Made by a program: the position numbers and the translations under genes
Assembly (NCBI GenBank): GCA_951406725.2
Contig: OX597827.1
Location: 28,458,001 to 28,522,000, forward strand
DNA: 64,000 nucleotides
DNA from: Octopus vulgaris
Lineage: Eukaryota
Direction of reading: 5' to 3'
In this document: piece by piece, positions 1-12,543 of the stretch
How the letters are laid out: the number at the start of each line of letters is the position of its first letter
Position numbering within the stretch: position 1 is the first letter of the stretch
The notes under the pieces: generated by a model
The model's database searches: none
Seen by the model: the letters and a program-made list of their open reading frames with translations, nothing else
Told to the model about the DNA's origin: nothing

Positions 1-496
1 TAAATAAAAGAGAAAAAGAAACGCATGTTATTAAAAAGGAATGGTGGATGGTAAATGATGGAATATAAAAGAATCAGTCTAGTCAGAAGGCATTACCGAT
101 GTGTAAACATCGGAATGGCTTTTGCGCGTCTTTTTATAACAGGAATATGTTTTCTAAGTGTTGAGATTGGCAGCAGAATCTGCAACAGTTTACTTAGAGA
201 ACGAAAAGAAGGAAAATAAGAAAGAAAGATAGAAATCAAAGAAAGTGGGGGTGGGGTAGGGTGGAAGAAAAGAAGAAGAAACAAAAATGAGAAGAAAAAA
301 GTACAAAAAATGAGGGGGAAATTAAATAAATGTATATAAAATGTATATGTTCCTGCTATAGACAGCCCTTTGCGTCTTTTCGATAATAACAAATATAATC
401 TAGTGTACATCTACTTAACACAAAATCTATCGACCGAAAAACCATCCTATATTCTCTCAATACAGTTTTGAGCGGGGAAGGTAAAAAGCATATACA

Positions 497-503
497 ATAC
501 ATG

Positions 504-544
<41 letters not shown>

Positions 545-557
545 ATGTATATGTATG

Positions 558-650
<93 letters not shown>

Positions 651-691
651 GTAAGCATGTATGTCTATGTATAGTTTTATGTGTATGTATG

Positions 692-762
<71 letters not shown>

Positions 763-1180
763 CATATATATCTATATGTCTATAAATATACCAATGAATA
801 TATATGAATAAATATATATTCATTGATATACATAAGTGTGTGCGCGTGTGTGTACATATATGAATATACACATGAACATATATAGATATATTTATCTATG
901 TATGCGTATAAACACACACACATATATATATACATACATACATATATCTATGCATATATTAATATATATACAAATATGTACTTTAGAAGCACACTCACAC
1001 GCAAATATATATATACATATATATATGTTTGTATGTATGTATATATATACATTCATATATATATACATATATATATATAGTGTGTGTATATATATTTCTA
1101 TATTTATATGTATGTATGTATATATATATATATATATATATAGGCAGTACATATATCTCTATATACATTTATGTATATGA
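497..1180. repeat. (TA)n/(TG)n/(TATG)n compound microsatellite; similar blocks recur throughout (e.g. 14520-15380, 28690-29900, 61050-62130)
   Basis: Dinucleotide runs visible directly; they explain the YI-repeat ORFs. Confidence 0.98.
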
Positions 1181-1937
1181 TCTCTGTGTAGGTTTCTGTG
1201 TATTTATGTGTGTTTTGTGAGTCTCTGTGTGTGTGTTTATGTAAAATGAAAGAACTAGGTACATCAATTTGTATCAGTCCATAAAAATACGATGATAAAT
1301 CATATAAGAAATGGAAACGAAACTCTTGTAATATTCAGTTATTTGAAATCAATTTTCGTTATGGTCTACGGAACGATTGTACACTAAATCCATCTGCATT
1401 CGCTAGAAAATGCTTCCATTACTGAAATGAGGTAGCAAAGCTTTTACATCAGATTATCAAATGATCAATAGTTTGGTTTAAAACGTAGACTATATTTTCA
1501 GACAAAATACTTTGCGTTAGCTTTGGGATGTAAACAGATGTGGAGATGATGGCGACGGCGGTGGTAGTTTTCGATGGTGGTGGTCGTAATGGAGGTAGTT
1601 TCGTCGGGGAAGATACGAAGAGGTGGGCTTGGGTTAACAAATAAACCTTAGGCAAACATTATTTGCTTCGTTGTTTTTCCTTTCTTCTTCTTGTTTATTC
1701 GTTATTCGGTTTTCGTGAAATAATTGATTAATAGTTGAAAAATAGTGTACGATGACTTTAGTAAACATTCTTACCAAGTGAAATGTTCTGACACGCAGTT
1801 TTCTTCCTTCCTTCCTTTTCTCTTTCTTTCTTTCTTTCTTTATGTATTTAGTTAATAACTTATCTATTTATATATTAATATATTCGTTTGTTTGTTATAT
1901 TAATTTAAATGTCCATTGACAATAAATGTTCAAATTA

Positions 1938-2272
1938 TTGGGTTGTCCGGAAAGCTCGGCTGAGATGTATCACCTCTCCCTCCATATTCTCCAGATATTG
2001 CTCCTTCGGATTTCCACTTATTCAGGTCTCTGCAGAATAGTCTTAATGGTAAAAATTTCAATTCCTTGGATGACATAAAAAGATACCTTGATGGATTCTT
2101 TGGCATGAAACTACCTCAATTCTGGAAGCGGGTATTTTCAAGTTAAAGGAAAGATGAAGACGCATTGTGTAGCAAAATGGTTTATATTTGGTTGATTAAA
2201 AATGTAATGGCAAGTATTTATTGTCCTTTCTCTTCCCTTTAAAAATCTGCTCGAACTTTCCGGACAACCCAA
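1938..2272 (+). mobile_element. Internally deleted mariner DNA transposon with both TIRs
   Basis: TIRs ttgggttgtccggaaagctcg / cgaactttccggacaacccaa flanked by TA on both sides; interior translates PYSPDIAPSDFHLFRSLQNSLNGKNF, the mariner transposase C-terminal motif. Confidence 0.9.
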
Positions 2273-2397
2273 TATATTGAAAACCGTTGGTGTTCCCCAG
2301 TTAATTTCTACATCGAAATTTCTTAGACATATTAATATTGTGTAATGCAGTCCCATCTTTACAAGTAAGATTTAAAAAACAAAACGAAAAACAACGG

Positions 2398-2685
2398 CGG
2401 TCTTCCGTCGCTTACGATGACGGACGTTTCAGTTGTTACGATCAGCGGAAAAGCTTGCTCGTGAAATTAACGTGCAAGACACGCGTAACCTTAACTTAGA
2501 TCTCGAAGAGATTCAGTGTTATACAGAATGTGACAAGTCTGACCCTTTCAATTAAATTTATATCTCATTTTTGCCAGCTAAGCGCACTGGAGCAACGTGA
2601 AATAATATGTCTTGTTCAAGGATTCAGCACACCGCCTGGAATCGAGCTCACGACTTTAAAACCGTGAGCCAAATATCCTAACGCA
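2398..2685 (-). mobile_element. tRNA-derived SINE, same family as 13690-13975
   Basis: Reverse complement shares the core caagacac..tttcacgttgctccagt..actcagctggcaaaaatgag and the tail ttgcacgttaatttcacgagcaagc with the 13.7-kb copy. Confidence 0.75.
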
Positions 2686-2914
2686 GAATCAAACTAGGTG
2701 GACATAAAAATGGCATTAAAAAAAACGCTTAATGCTCACACGAAATAGTTTCACATAAAAGTCTTTGAGATCACTATCCAAATCAAAAGAATGGCTCTCA
2801 TAATCCCAGGGACAAATTCTGATAACTTTTCAAAGCTTAACCACCGAATCTTTCTCAAAGATGTTATGTGTGAGAAATGAAAATTTGCGATCAATTTACC
2901 ACGTTTGATAAAAT

Positions 2915-2982
2915 TTTGCTGAACCGCTAAGTTACGGGGCGTAAACACACCAATACTGATTGTGAAGTGGTTATAAGGTATA

Positions 2983-3038
<56 letters not shown>

Positions 3039-3225
3039 AACACACGCACACGCACATAGATATGTATATATGACAGGCTTTTTTGCGTTTCCGTTTACCA
3101 AGCCCACTCACAAAGATTTGGTTAGTCCGAGGTTATAGCAGAAGAAGCTTGCCCAATGTGCCATGCAGGGGACCTGAGCCCTTGTGGGTGGGGACCAAGC
3201 TTCTTGCAACACAGCCACGCCTGGG
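2915..3225 (-). mobile_element. SINE with internal (CA)/(TA) microsatellite; related copies or fragments near 8735-9030, 16700-16990, 17460-17600, 30330-30670, 42445-42595, 45720-46110, 47530-47690, 50510-50740, 56930-57060
   Basis: Shares gaaccgctaagttacggg.cgtaaacacacc and tttccgt.tacca..ccactcacaa blocks with the complete copy at 43800-44213. Confidence 0.8.
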
Positions 3226-3361
3226 CTTTATGTGTAAATACTACAAAGCAAGGCGGAAAAAGATGGCATTCATTTGTGACTCCCGTTTGATATTGTAGAT
3301 CACGTGATGAGATTTAATGTACTTTGTAGCGGATAGATATCTAAGAGAGTATATATATTAC

Positions 3362-3688
3362 GGAGATGTACTTGCATAGCAAGTGACCTGATCTGAGACT
3401 GTGCGCTAGAACGAAAACAATTGCAGTATAGAAGGTGTTTTTAATCCATTTAAAAACACACAAAAGCCGTTAGATTCACTTCAACATTTAAATTTAATTT
3501 ATCAAAATATTTTCGTTGCTTTGAAACCGTGACCTGTTCACTGATGCAGCAGGAAGTTTTGTTAGTGAACAGGTCGCGGTATCAAAGCGACGAAAATATT
3601 CTGGCAAATTAAATTTTAATGTTGAAGTGAATCTAACGGTTTTGTGTGTTTCTTAAATGACTTATAAACACCTTCCACGCAGCAATTG

Positions 3689-3690
<2 letters not shown>
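3362..3690. mobile_element. Fold-back element in (TA)n, same family as 42843-43171 in opposite orientation
   Basis: ~130-bp imperfect inverted arms (3416-3545 / 3560-3690) plus a 55-bp single-copy extension that is also present in the 43-kb copy. Confidence 0.85.
3558..3608 (+). ncRNA. Type I hammerhead-like motif, G3-C8 core variant
   Basis: tttgtta-GTGAACA-g-gtcgc(ggtatcaaa)gcgac-GAAA-atat-T-C-tggcaaa; stem I closes with two G-U pairs. Confidence 0.6.
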
Positions 3691-3722
<32 letters not shown>

Positions 3723-3852
3723 TTTTATTTTCGGCTGGAAAGAGTAGATCCTTTTCATGCGCATTCATCTATATTTGTGCACAGGAATATGTATGTGTGT
3801 AATGTGTGAATAAGTATGTCCCTAGTATTTGTGTATTTGTGTATAATATATA

Positions 3853-3947
<95 letters not shown>

Positions 3948-4299
3948 GTCTGTGCATGTGTGTATGTGTGCACATATGGACGTTTACACAAAAATAACGT
4001 GAAATCAGTTAACATCTGAGGTTGAGAAATGTACATTTTTAACGTTTCGGACGTATACCTTTCATTAAAAAAGGATAAAGAGAGAGAAAGGAAAAAGAGA
4101 GCGGAAAACAAAGAAAACGAGAAAAAAATGGAAAGTAATACCAGAAAAGACGAAAAACCGAAAAGCAATCAGGCGCCATTATATTTTAAAATAATTACTT
4201 TACATACTATTCAGCAGGATAATAAATTTCACATGTTTGTCAGGAATTAACAAGCGACTGACAGACATGAGTGCCACTATGACTATAGTCATCACTGCG

Positions 4300-4436
4300 A
4301 CTACCACTCAACAACACCACAACCACATCCGCCACCACCATCACCGTTACAACAACAACAACAACAACAACAATTAGAAAAACAAACAACAAAAATTACC
4401 ACGATTACTACTACTACTACAACAACAACAACAACA

Positions 4437-4476
<40 letters not shown>

Positions 4477-4630
4477 ATAATAATAATAATAATAATGATA
4501 CTGCTGCTGTTGCTACTACTACTACTACTGCTCCTACTACTAATACTAATACTGCTGCTGCTACTACTACTACTACAATAGCAACAACAGCAACAATAGC
4601 AGCGACAACAAAAGCAACAGCAACAACCGT
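4300..4630. repeat. (CAA)/(CTA)/(TAA)/(CTG) trinucleotide microsatellite complex; a (CAT)n complex follows at 4890-5250
   Basis: Visible directly. Confidence 0.95.
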
Positions 4631-5488
4631 TAATCACCAAGGCTTCCACCAAGCAATTAAATCGTCTTTCTTAGCACTAATGGCGTATTTTATGCAATCT
4701 GTTGTTTAAAGTAGTAATATCTGCGAGGTTACACCTTCCGACAATGTTGTGGTTGAATATACCGTAGCGTTGGTTCTGTTGTCTAAAACACCAGGCTTCA
4801 TATTTTTTCTTTATTTTCTCCGTTTCGACGATCAGCCTCTTCGTCCAACTTACCTATTACATACCTATTCATTCTACTCTTCCTCGCTCTCTTCATCATC
4901 AACATAAATTCCAGCCACCGTTGCCATTCTCCTCGTCGTCGTCATCGGCCTCCTCCTCCTCCTCATCATCATCATCATCATCATCGCCATCATTGTCATC
5001 ATGATCATCATCGTCATCAGCAGCATCAAAAGTACAGCAGCAGCACCGTCGCCGTCGTTGTCATCATCATCATCATCATCATCAACAACATCACCATCAT
5101 CACCATCCTCATCTACCACCACCATCGTCATCAATACCATCACCATCCTCATGACCATCATCATTACCACCACCATCGTCATCAATACCATCATCATCAC
5201 TACCACCACCATCATCATCAACGCCATCATCATCATCATCGTCGTCGTTATGTATATTTCTTGTCCGCTTCTCACTGTTGCATTGACGTCATCGACAGTA
5301 TTGTTTGAGTTTTTACTTAATTCATTTTATTGTTTTGTCTCTCTTCCGTTTGTCTTGTCTCCATCGTGATTATTTCTAACAATCTTGTGATTCCAACACA
5401 ATCTCTATCCGTCTATCGTAAGGTGTAATATATGGCTATATATACATAGATACATGTACACGCACACACACACACACACACATGTGTA

Positions 5489-5539
<51 letters not shown>

Positions 5540-5937
5540 TTTATTTAAAGCAGCAGAAAATTCAACAAAATCTGTTACTCTGAGTTTTCCGTTGCCGTTC
5601 ATCGGACAGTTTTTGCTAGAATGGAACCGATATGTCAATTCTATCCAGACTATTACAAACGCTACACCTTTAAAAAAAACTGGACTTGTTTGATTGGCCC
5701 TTTAGAAATAACGTTCAATCTTCGAGCGATAAACAAAAATGAGCTCAAAAATATATATATGTATGTATATAAAAAAATTATAAAAATTATAAAATTCGAG
5801 GAAAAACCTTACATTGAATAAAATACATATTGACCTTAATGAAGGAAATATAATTAATACATGGAAATTAAAATGCATCAAAAATATTACACTGCAATAC
5901 ATATTCATGTTAAAGTATACATATATATATCAACATT

Positions 5938-6551
5938 ACATTTTACTTGTGCTTCTGAAAACATAATTTATGTCATAAGGTGCTCGAGCTGCCACCAAAA
6001 CTACGTGGGGTCCACGGGATTATCACTCAGACATAGATGCACTCTGCATCGGCAACAGATTGCATTCCCAGAATACAGAATGACACCCTTTAGTGAGCAT
6101 ATTGAGAAATGCGCAAAATAACTACTACCAGAATTTTTAATCTTTCCATTCTATCAATGTGCTATTGGAACACCAACACAAATTAGATTAAACAAGGAAA
6201 CATTCTTCATTGAAAAATATAAGCCTGAACATAACCATTCTAACATTCTTATACGGAGAAACTCATCTCATTACAAAAGGGAAAAGAAATATAAAGCGAT
6301 TATCTCCCTTATACCGGAAGAAATCGCTTAATACCTCCCCCTGCCTGGAACTCTTCTTTGCACTGCATAACGAAGACATGACACGATGTATGTAAAGACA
6401 TTTGAGAAATTTGAAAAGTTAACACGAAACCGGTAATTTCACCCAAAACTATGTTACTATATGCGAAATTTTATAATATTCTTCTTAACGACTTAAATAT
6501 ATTCTTTAACCTTATAAAACAAGCCTTCTGTAGTTATTTCACTCTTTTCTA

Positions 6552-6555
<4 letters not shown>
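5938..6555 (+). mobile_element. Penelope-like element 3' fragment (GIY-YIG endonuclease C-terminus + 3' end), Neptune type
   Basis: ORF 5861-6121 contains FTCASENIIYVIRCSSCHQNYVGSTG; closely similar to the end of the 11602-12543 ORF. Confidence 0.9.
6406..6440 (+). ncRNA. Minimal type I hammerhead-like motif, U3-A8 core variant
   Basis: gaaat-TTGAAAA-gt(taac)ac-GAAA-ccgg-T-A-atttc: 5-bp perfect stem I, palindromic stem III (accggt), GUA triplet. Confidence 0.6.
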
Positions 6556-6646
<91 letters not shown>

Positions 6647-7454
6647 TATATATGTATGTGTATATATATATATGTGTATACATATATATATATGCATATA
6701 TATTTGTATGTGTATATATATGTATACATATGTAAATGTACATATATATATGTATGTATATATATTTATATATGTTTGAATATATATGTATGTATATACA
6801 TATATATATGTATATATATATAGACATGTAGCTTACATCCCCTTGCTATACCCAAACCATTTTACTAAGTTGTACTACACTCATCCTTATGTTTGTTCTT
6901 ATTCTTCCTCTTCTTTTTCTGCATTTTTAAAAATAGACACACACTCTATACCTATTGTTCACTGATTTTATATCCCAAACTTAGAGGCACATTCACCTTC
7001 CAAACATTATGTACCCATCACTACAGGGCACTGCAGAGATGGAGATGGCATGAAGGATTTCATTGCCTCTTGGCAGAAACGGCCGTAAGGAACTAGCACC
7101 TACTGACAATCTGATCATTTGCTCTTTTCTATAAGATTAGTACATGTGTGTGTAACATGGTTATTATATGTGTATGTATTCTTCTAATATATTCTATTAC
7201 TTTGGAATAAATAGACATACTAGAATGTTTATCGGCTGATGTATGTCATTCTTGCATCCACTCCATTTTCCTATTTGCAGTATAAATGAACGTTAAACTA
7301 CTTTTTACCCCCGCCCATATATAACACTCAATTGCGAGATTGCTACACAATAACTAGCACTTGGGTATAAATAATTGGGAACACTACCAGCAGTATATTG
7401 GATAGGTACTATCCCTTAGTTGGTTGTTTTTCCAACATCTAACTCGCACAGAAA

Positions 7455-8639
7455 TCTTTATATATATAAACCTGAGAATGTGTCTATCTGTCTGTCTGTC
7501 TGTGTTTTTCCCGAAAACTTGAGAACTACACAACCAATTTCATTCAAATTTTACACATGCCTTACTTAGGGCCCGGGGAGTGTCATCGGCAAAAGAAATG
7601 CTCAACTTTTTGCCTAGGGCGAGCCAACAGCAATATCATATCTTCTCCACTACGATTCCCTAAAACTTGAGAACTACACAACCAACTTCATTCAAATTTT
7701 ACACGTGCCTTACTTAGGGTCCATGTAGTTTCATGGGCAAAAGAAATGCTCAACTTCTTGCCTAGAGCGAGTCCATAGCAATATCATATTATCTCCACTA
7801 TTCCAGTATTACGTGTTAAAAGTGAAACAAAAATATTTCTCTATTTTATGTCAGATACTTTCACTTTAACAATAGAAATAATAATAACACTTGAATTATA
7901 TGTAGTAAGTAATAATTAAAATCAAACTAAAGTATAATATAATCGTAACATAACAGAAGCAAAAATAGCAATTGGTATAAAATTGCATCAATGACTTGAA
8001 CTTGAATAAGTGGTTTCATATGAATGGGAATAAATTTAAAATAAAATTAGCGTGCAGAAATGGAATAGTCCAGATGGATAATAAGAAATTAAATTAAAGA
8101 AAAGACTATTGTCTATAAAGTATACAATGTAGAGAAAAAAGATTTGAACACCCGGAGGAAAGCAACTTCGAAAAGTATCTTGGTGCGACAATGAAAGATA
8201 TCTAATCAGAGGCGGTAAATTCGCCACAATAGAAGCAAGGTTCGAGTCAACTGAGCGTGCAAGGGATTACTCGACTCGAACTTGCAAAGTGGAAATATTT
8301 TATTTTTACTTTTATATCTGAGACGTACGACGTCCCGGATAAAGATTAAAGTTGCCCCCCCCACCCCGAAGTAGAGGTGGGCTGGATTGTAGCCACGCTT
8401 CTATACAAGAGGGAGGACAAGATGCAATTGATCGAAATTACAAGAGACGGGCTAACAATTCCAGTCTGTTATATATTTTGAGTATTGTTATCACTAGCGA
8501 TATCAAGATATAACTTTGTATTTTGTATTTTATGTGTAGATGTATATATATAGAAGTACATATAATATGTACACATATATATACACATATATACATGCAC
8601 TAGCACTATGACCCGGCAACGACGGGTCTTTAATGCTAG
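7455..8639 (+). mobile_element. Non-autonomous Helitron
   Basis: A|TC 5' end (tctttatatatataaa) followed by (CTGT)n; 3' hairpin gacccggcaacgacgggtc just before CTAG|T; internal ~148-bp tandem duplication 7507-7800. Confidence 0.8.
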
Positions 8640-8694
<55 letters not shown>

Positions 8695-8700
8695 GTGTGT

Positions 8701-8737
<37 letters not shown>

Positions 8738-9218
8738 ACTATGTGGTTTAGATAGCCGCTCCGCAATCACGTGGTTTCGTCTTCGCTGCAAAAGCGAGGT
8801 CCCCTAAGTAATTGACTTGAATTGTATCACTTGGCCTACCAATGCCTTGCATGCGAATTCTGTTGGTGAAAAGAATGTGGAAGCCCGTCGTATGTGCATA
8901 TATGTATGAATGTGTGCATGTGTTCATGTGTGTGTGAGTGAGTGTATATTTTTGAGTATTTGCAGTCATTTGACAATCGGTGTTGGTATGTTTATGTATA
9001 CGTAACTTAGAGGTTGAAAATGCAGAGAACGATGAAATAATATCCCAGCTTTATAAACTTGCAATTATTTTATCGTTCTCTGAATAATGTGCCTGGTGAG
9101 ATTCGTTCTACGAGCTTAAGAAACACTACGATGCATGTAGCTGAGTCAATTTCTTAATAGCTTATGTAACTCCTATGAAATATGTTGAGCGTACTTTCTT
9201 TAACCTGTCCACTCAATC

Positions 9219-9296
<78 letters not shown>

Positions 9297-9297
9297 C
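9219..9297. repeat. (CTAT)n microsatellite; also 11153-11210 and 19110-19290
   Basis: Visible directly. Confidence 0.97.
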
Positions 9298-9299
9298 AC

Positions 9300-11152
9300 T
9301 ATCGCGTAAATGGACATCTTTCGAGACCTTTCGACATTGCACGTTCGGTCCGTCAGGGATGCCCCCTCTCGTCGCTTCTATAAGTATTGACTCTCGAGCC
9401 ACTACTGCGGAAGCTGGCGACTCTGAGGGGCATCCCGCGAGAATTGGGATGCGGGACGAGCGTGTCTGCATACGCGGACGACATCACCGCCATAGTGTCA
9501 AGCCAAGAGCACATCGAGCTGGTCGGCGAGACACTGAAAGACTACGAAACGGTGACATGAGCGAAAATCAACCGTGAAAAGTCAGTGGGCTTGCGGCTGA
9601 GCACCTGGAGAAGCAAGCCCATGCCGTCCACCAGCACCTCCTTCGTGGGATGCTAGACGGACGGCCCGGTCGAGTTGCTCAGGGTCTGGTTCGGTCCGGA
9701 CCTCCAAATGGAGAAGAACTGGAACGAGATAACGAGTAGGGTGGTCACTCTCGCCCGGCAATGGACCGAGAGGAAACTGTCCCTAAAAGGTCGGGCGGAG
9801 ATGGCGAACACGTACATCGCGGCCATCATCTACTACCACCTGACCGTCGTACCTTGTCCCGACCCTACTATCACCAAACTAGAACGCATTCTCTTCCGCT
9901 TCTTGTGGAAAGGATGCGTCCCGATGGTCAGGCGATCCATTTGCTGTCAACACCCGTTAAAAGGAGGGCTGGATATGCCGTGGTTGATGATGCGCAGACA
10001 CCCGCTGAGACTGCGACATCTTCAGCTCTATGTAGACGACGGTGAACAGGTGTGGTCGCCGTTTGTGAGGCACGCCTTCCCGCAGCTCGTCTCCATGACC
10101 AAACTGCAGTCGTGGATCAAAAAGAGGCCGAGGAAGGGCGAATGGCACCGCGAGTGTCGCGTTGCTCTCAAGTAACTATGCCGTCCCGGGTCGACCTTGA
10201 GTGACTTCAACACAACTAAAGTATTCTATAGGGGATGAGTGGAGGGGAGGTACGACGACGATCTTGGAGCGAACCTGGGCGTCGACGAGGAATACCTGAC
10301 CCGCCGTTTTGAGAAGATCCCTGGCTTGGCAGTGCTACTGAGAAGCGCTACCCGTTCGGGTAGGAATGGCTCGAGAAACACGGGGCCGACCTGCACGAAA
10401 TGCGGTCACAGCGACGAAACCGTTCTGCACGCAATCGTGCAGTGTCCAACAATCTCCGACCTGTGGACTTATGTCGAACGACTGCTGCCACGTGTGGGAC
10501 GTGTCGGTTTATCAGCCGAGTCTATCGTTAATATCCTTCAAACGGGAAGGAAGAGCTATTTTTATCTTACTTATGGCTATGGCGAAAGAATGTATCTGGT
10601 GGACGCGCCTGAAAGGATTAGAGACAAACAGTTTCCTCCCTGGTCAATCTCTCATTAACTTCTTCAAGTATCACTTGAAAAGAAAAGTGAGAGTAGAGAG
10701 GCAAGTTTTGTCTAGTGAATGTTTTAAAAAAAGATGGGTGAAAGTAGCAGGGATGGCACATATGAATGACGAAGCCACTTTGAGTATGATCCTATGAACG
10801 GTGAAAATTTAATACAGGAAGTTACTTATTCGTAAAAAAAAATGTAACCTGTGACTTCATTGACCGAGGTTACCGTGGTCTTTTCCATAGGCTTTTCTTT
10901 CCACGGGTAAACCTTACCTGTCTTCCCCTTTACACTTTATATTGACATTTCTGTGATAACGATCCCTATTGATCGATTTTTCTTTTTCCTTTTATTTTTA
11001 TCCCCCCCTTTTTGCCTTTGCTTTCCTCTTTCTTTCTTTTTACGATCCCTTTTGATCGAAAACCAGCCCCACTGCTTGTTATCCCCAAAAGAAAAGCTCT
11101 ATCTTGTAATTTGTCCCGTCTGTGTGCAGCACTGTGTGGCTAATAAAGAAAC
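9300..11152 (+). mobile_element. 5'-truncated, frameshifted Tx1/L1-clade LINE (RT C-terminal half, CCHC finger, 3' UTR)
   Basis: Translates VNGHLSRPFDIARSVRQGCPLS, VSAYADDIT, WTERKLSLKGRA, KGGLDMP and CTKCGHSDETVLHAIVQC; ends aataaagaaacat-(CTAT)n. Confidence 0.88.
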
Positions 11153-11386
11153 ATATCTATCTATCTATATCTATCTGTCGTCTGTCTGTCTGTCTATCTA
11201 TCTATCAATCTACATCACGTTAAGTTGGATATAAAAATTAGCTTTTGATACTAATACAGCTTCCGTCGCTAATAATAATTACGTTATTCAATAATCCTGC
11301 CGACTATTTGCGACATTCAGTGCCTGAAAACCTCAATATTCTTTAAATACAGACAACGAGAGTTGGCTGGAAAGCTGTTAAATAAA

Positions 11387-11446
<60 letters not shown>

Positions 11447-11574
11447 AAAAGTAAGAGTGAAAAAACTACAGAAAGCTTAAATGTTAAAATATATATATAT
11501 TTGCGTCAATATGTCTGAAGAATATTAGAAAATTTTAAAAAACAACTTTTTCTCTTATAATGACATAATTTAAA

Positions 11575-11611
11575 AGAAAGACCGGTTTCGCGTGTAGCTT
11601 TTCAAATTTCT
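11575..11611 (-). ncRNA. Minimal hammerhead-like motif, U3-A8 variant, homolog of 6406-6440
   Basis: Reverse complement agaaat-TTGAAAA-gc(tacac)gc-GAAA-ccgg-T-C-tttct; stem I is offset by one nucleotide. Confidence 0.55.
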
Positions 11612-12543
11612 TGTGACGTTATGTTTATGTTGAATAGAATTATCGTTATGTTTATGTTCAGAAGAGTTCTAAATAAGGGAAGGTAGTGAGTGATTTCTTC
11701 CGGTGTAAGAGAGATAATCGCTGAAAAATGTTTTCCTTTCCCTTGGTGTGAATTTCTCTGTATCAGTATGTTCGGATGGTTGAGTCTGGGCTTGTACTTT
11801 TCAATGAAGAATGTTTCCTTGTTTAGTCTAATTTGTGTTGATGATCCGAAAGCACATTGGTAAAATGGAAAGATTAAAAATTGTGGTAGTAGTTGCTTTG
11901 CGCATTTCTCAATGTGCTCACTAAAAGGTATCATTCTATATTCTGGGAATGCAATCTTTTGTCGATGCAGTGTGCATCTACGTCTGAGTGATAGTCCCGT
12001 GGATCCCACGTAGTCTTGGTGGCAGCCCGAGCATTTTATGACATAAATTATGTTTTCAGAGGCACAAGTAAAGTTAGATTTGATCTTGAATTTCTGTCCC
12101 TCTTTAAAGAGGAATTCTGATCCTTCTAGCAGGTTAGGACATGTTGCACAGTTCGATCTACCACATTTTTTTACTTTTGCATCCGTAATTTCAGAAGACA
12201 ATTTTGCCTTTGTGAGAATCTTTTTAAGTGATTTAGGCTGTTTGTAGCTTTTAATGATTTGGTGTATGTTTAGAATTTCCTTTAATTTGGGGTCCTTATG
12301 AAGTATTGGTAAATTCTGGGTGATGATGGTGAAGGCTTCTTTGTTTCTGGGGTTGTATGTAGATATGTAAGGTAGTATTTTCGGGGAAGGTGTGTTGTTG
12401 TGTTGAACTTTTCTTAAAGTTTCTATGTTGATTTCTGTTGCACGTCTGATCCCATCCTCCATGAGTTGAGCTGGGTAATGTCTGTCAATTAGGGTGTTTT
12501 TGAGTTCTTGCAGTCTAAAGTTCCTGGTATTTTGTTCTGACAC
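11602..12543 (-). pseudogene. Penelope RT thumb / Cys linker / GIY-YIG endonuclease ORF fragment
   Basis: 313-aa ORF with IIY..YVG motif; upstream RT lies in disrupted frames. Confidence 0.85.

Noticed and set aside
356-1220. Many YIYI / THTH / CVCV / poly-I, -N, -L ORFs here and throughout the window
   Set aside because: Translations of stop-free microsatellites with no coding signal
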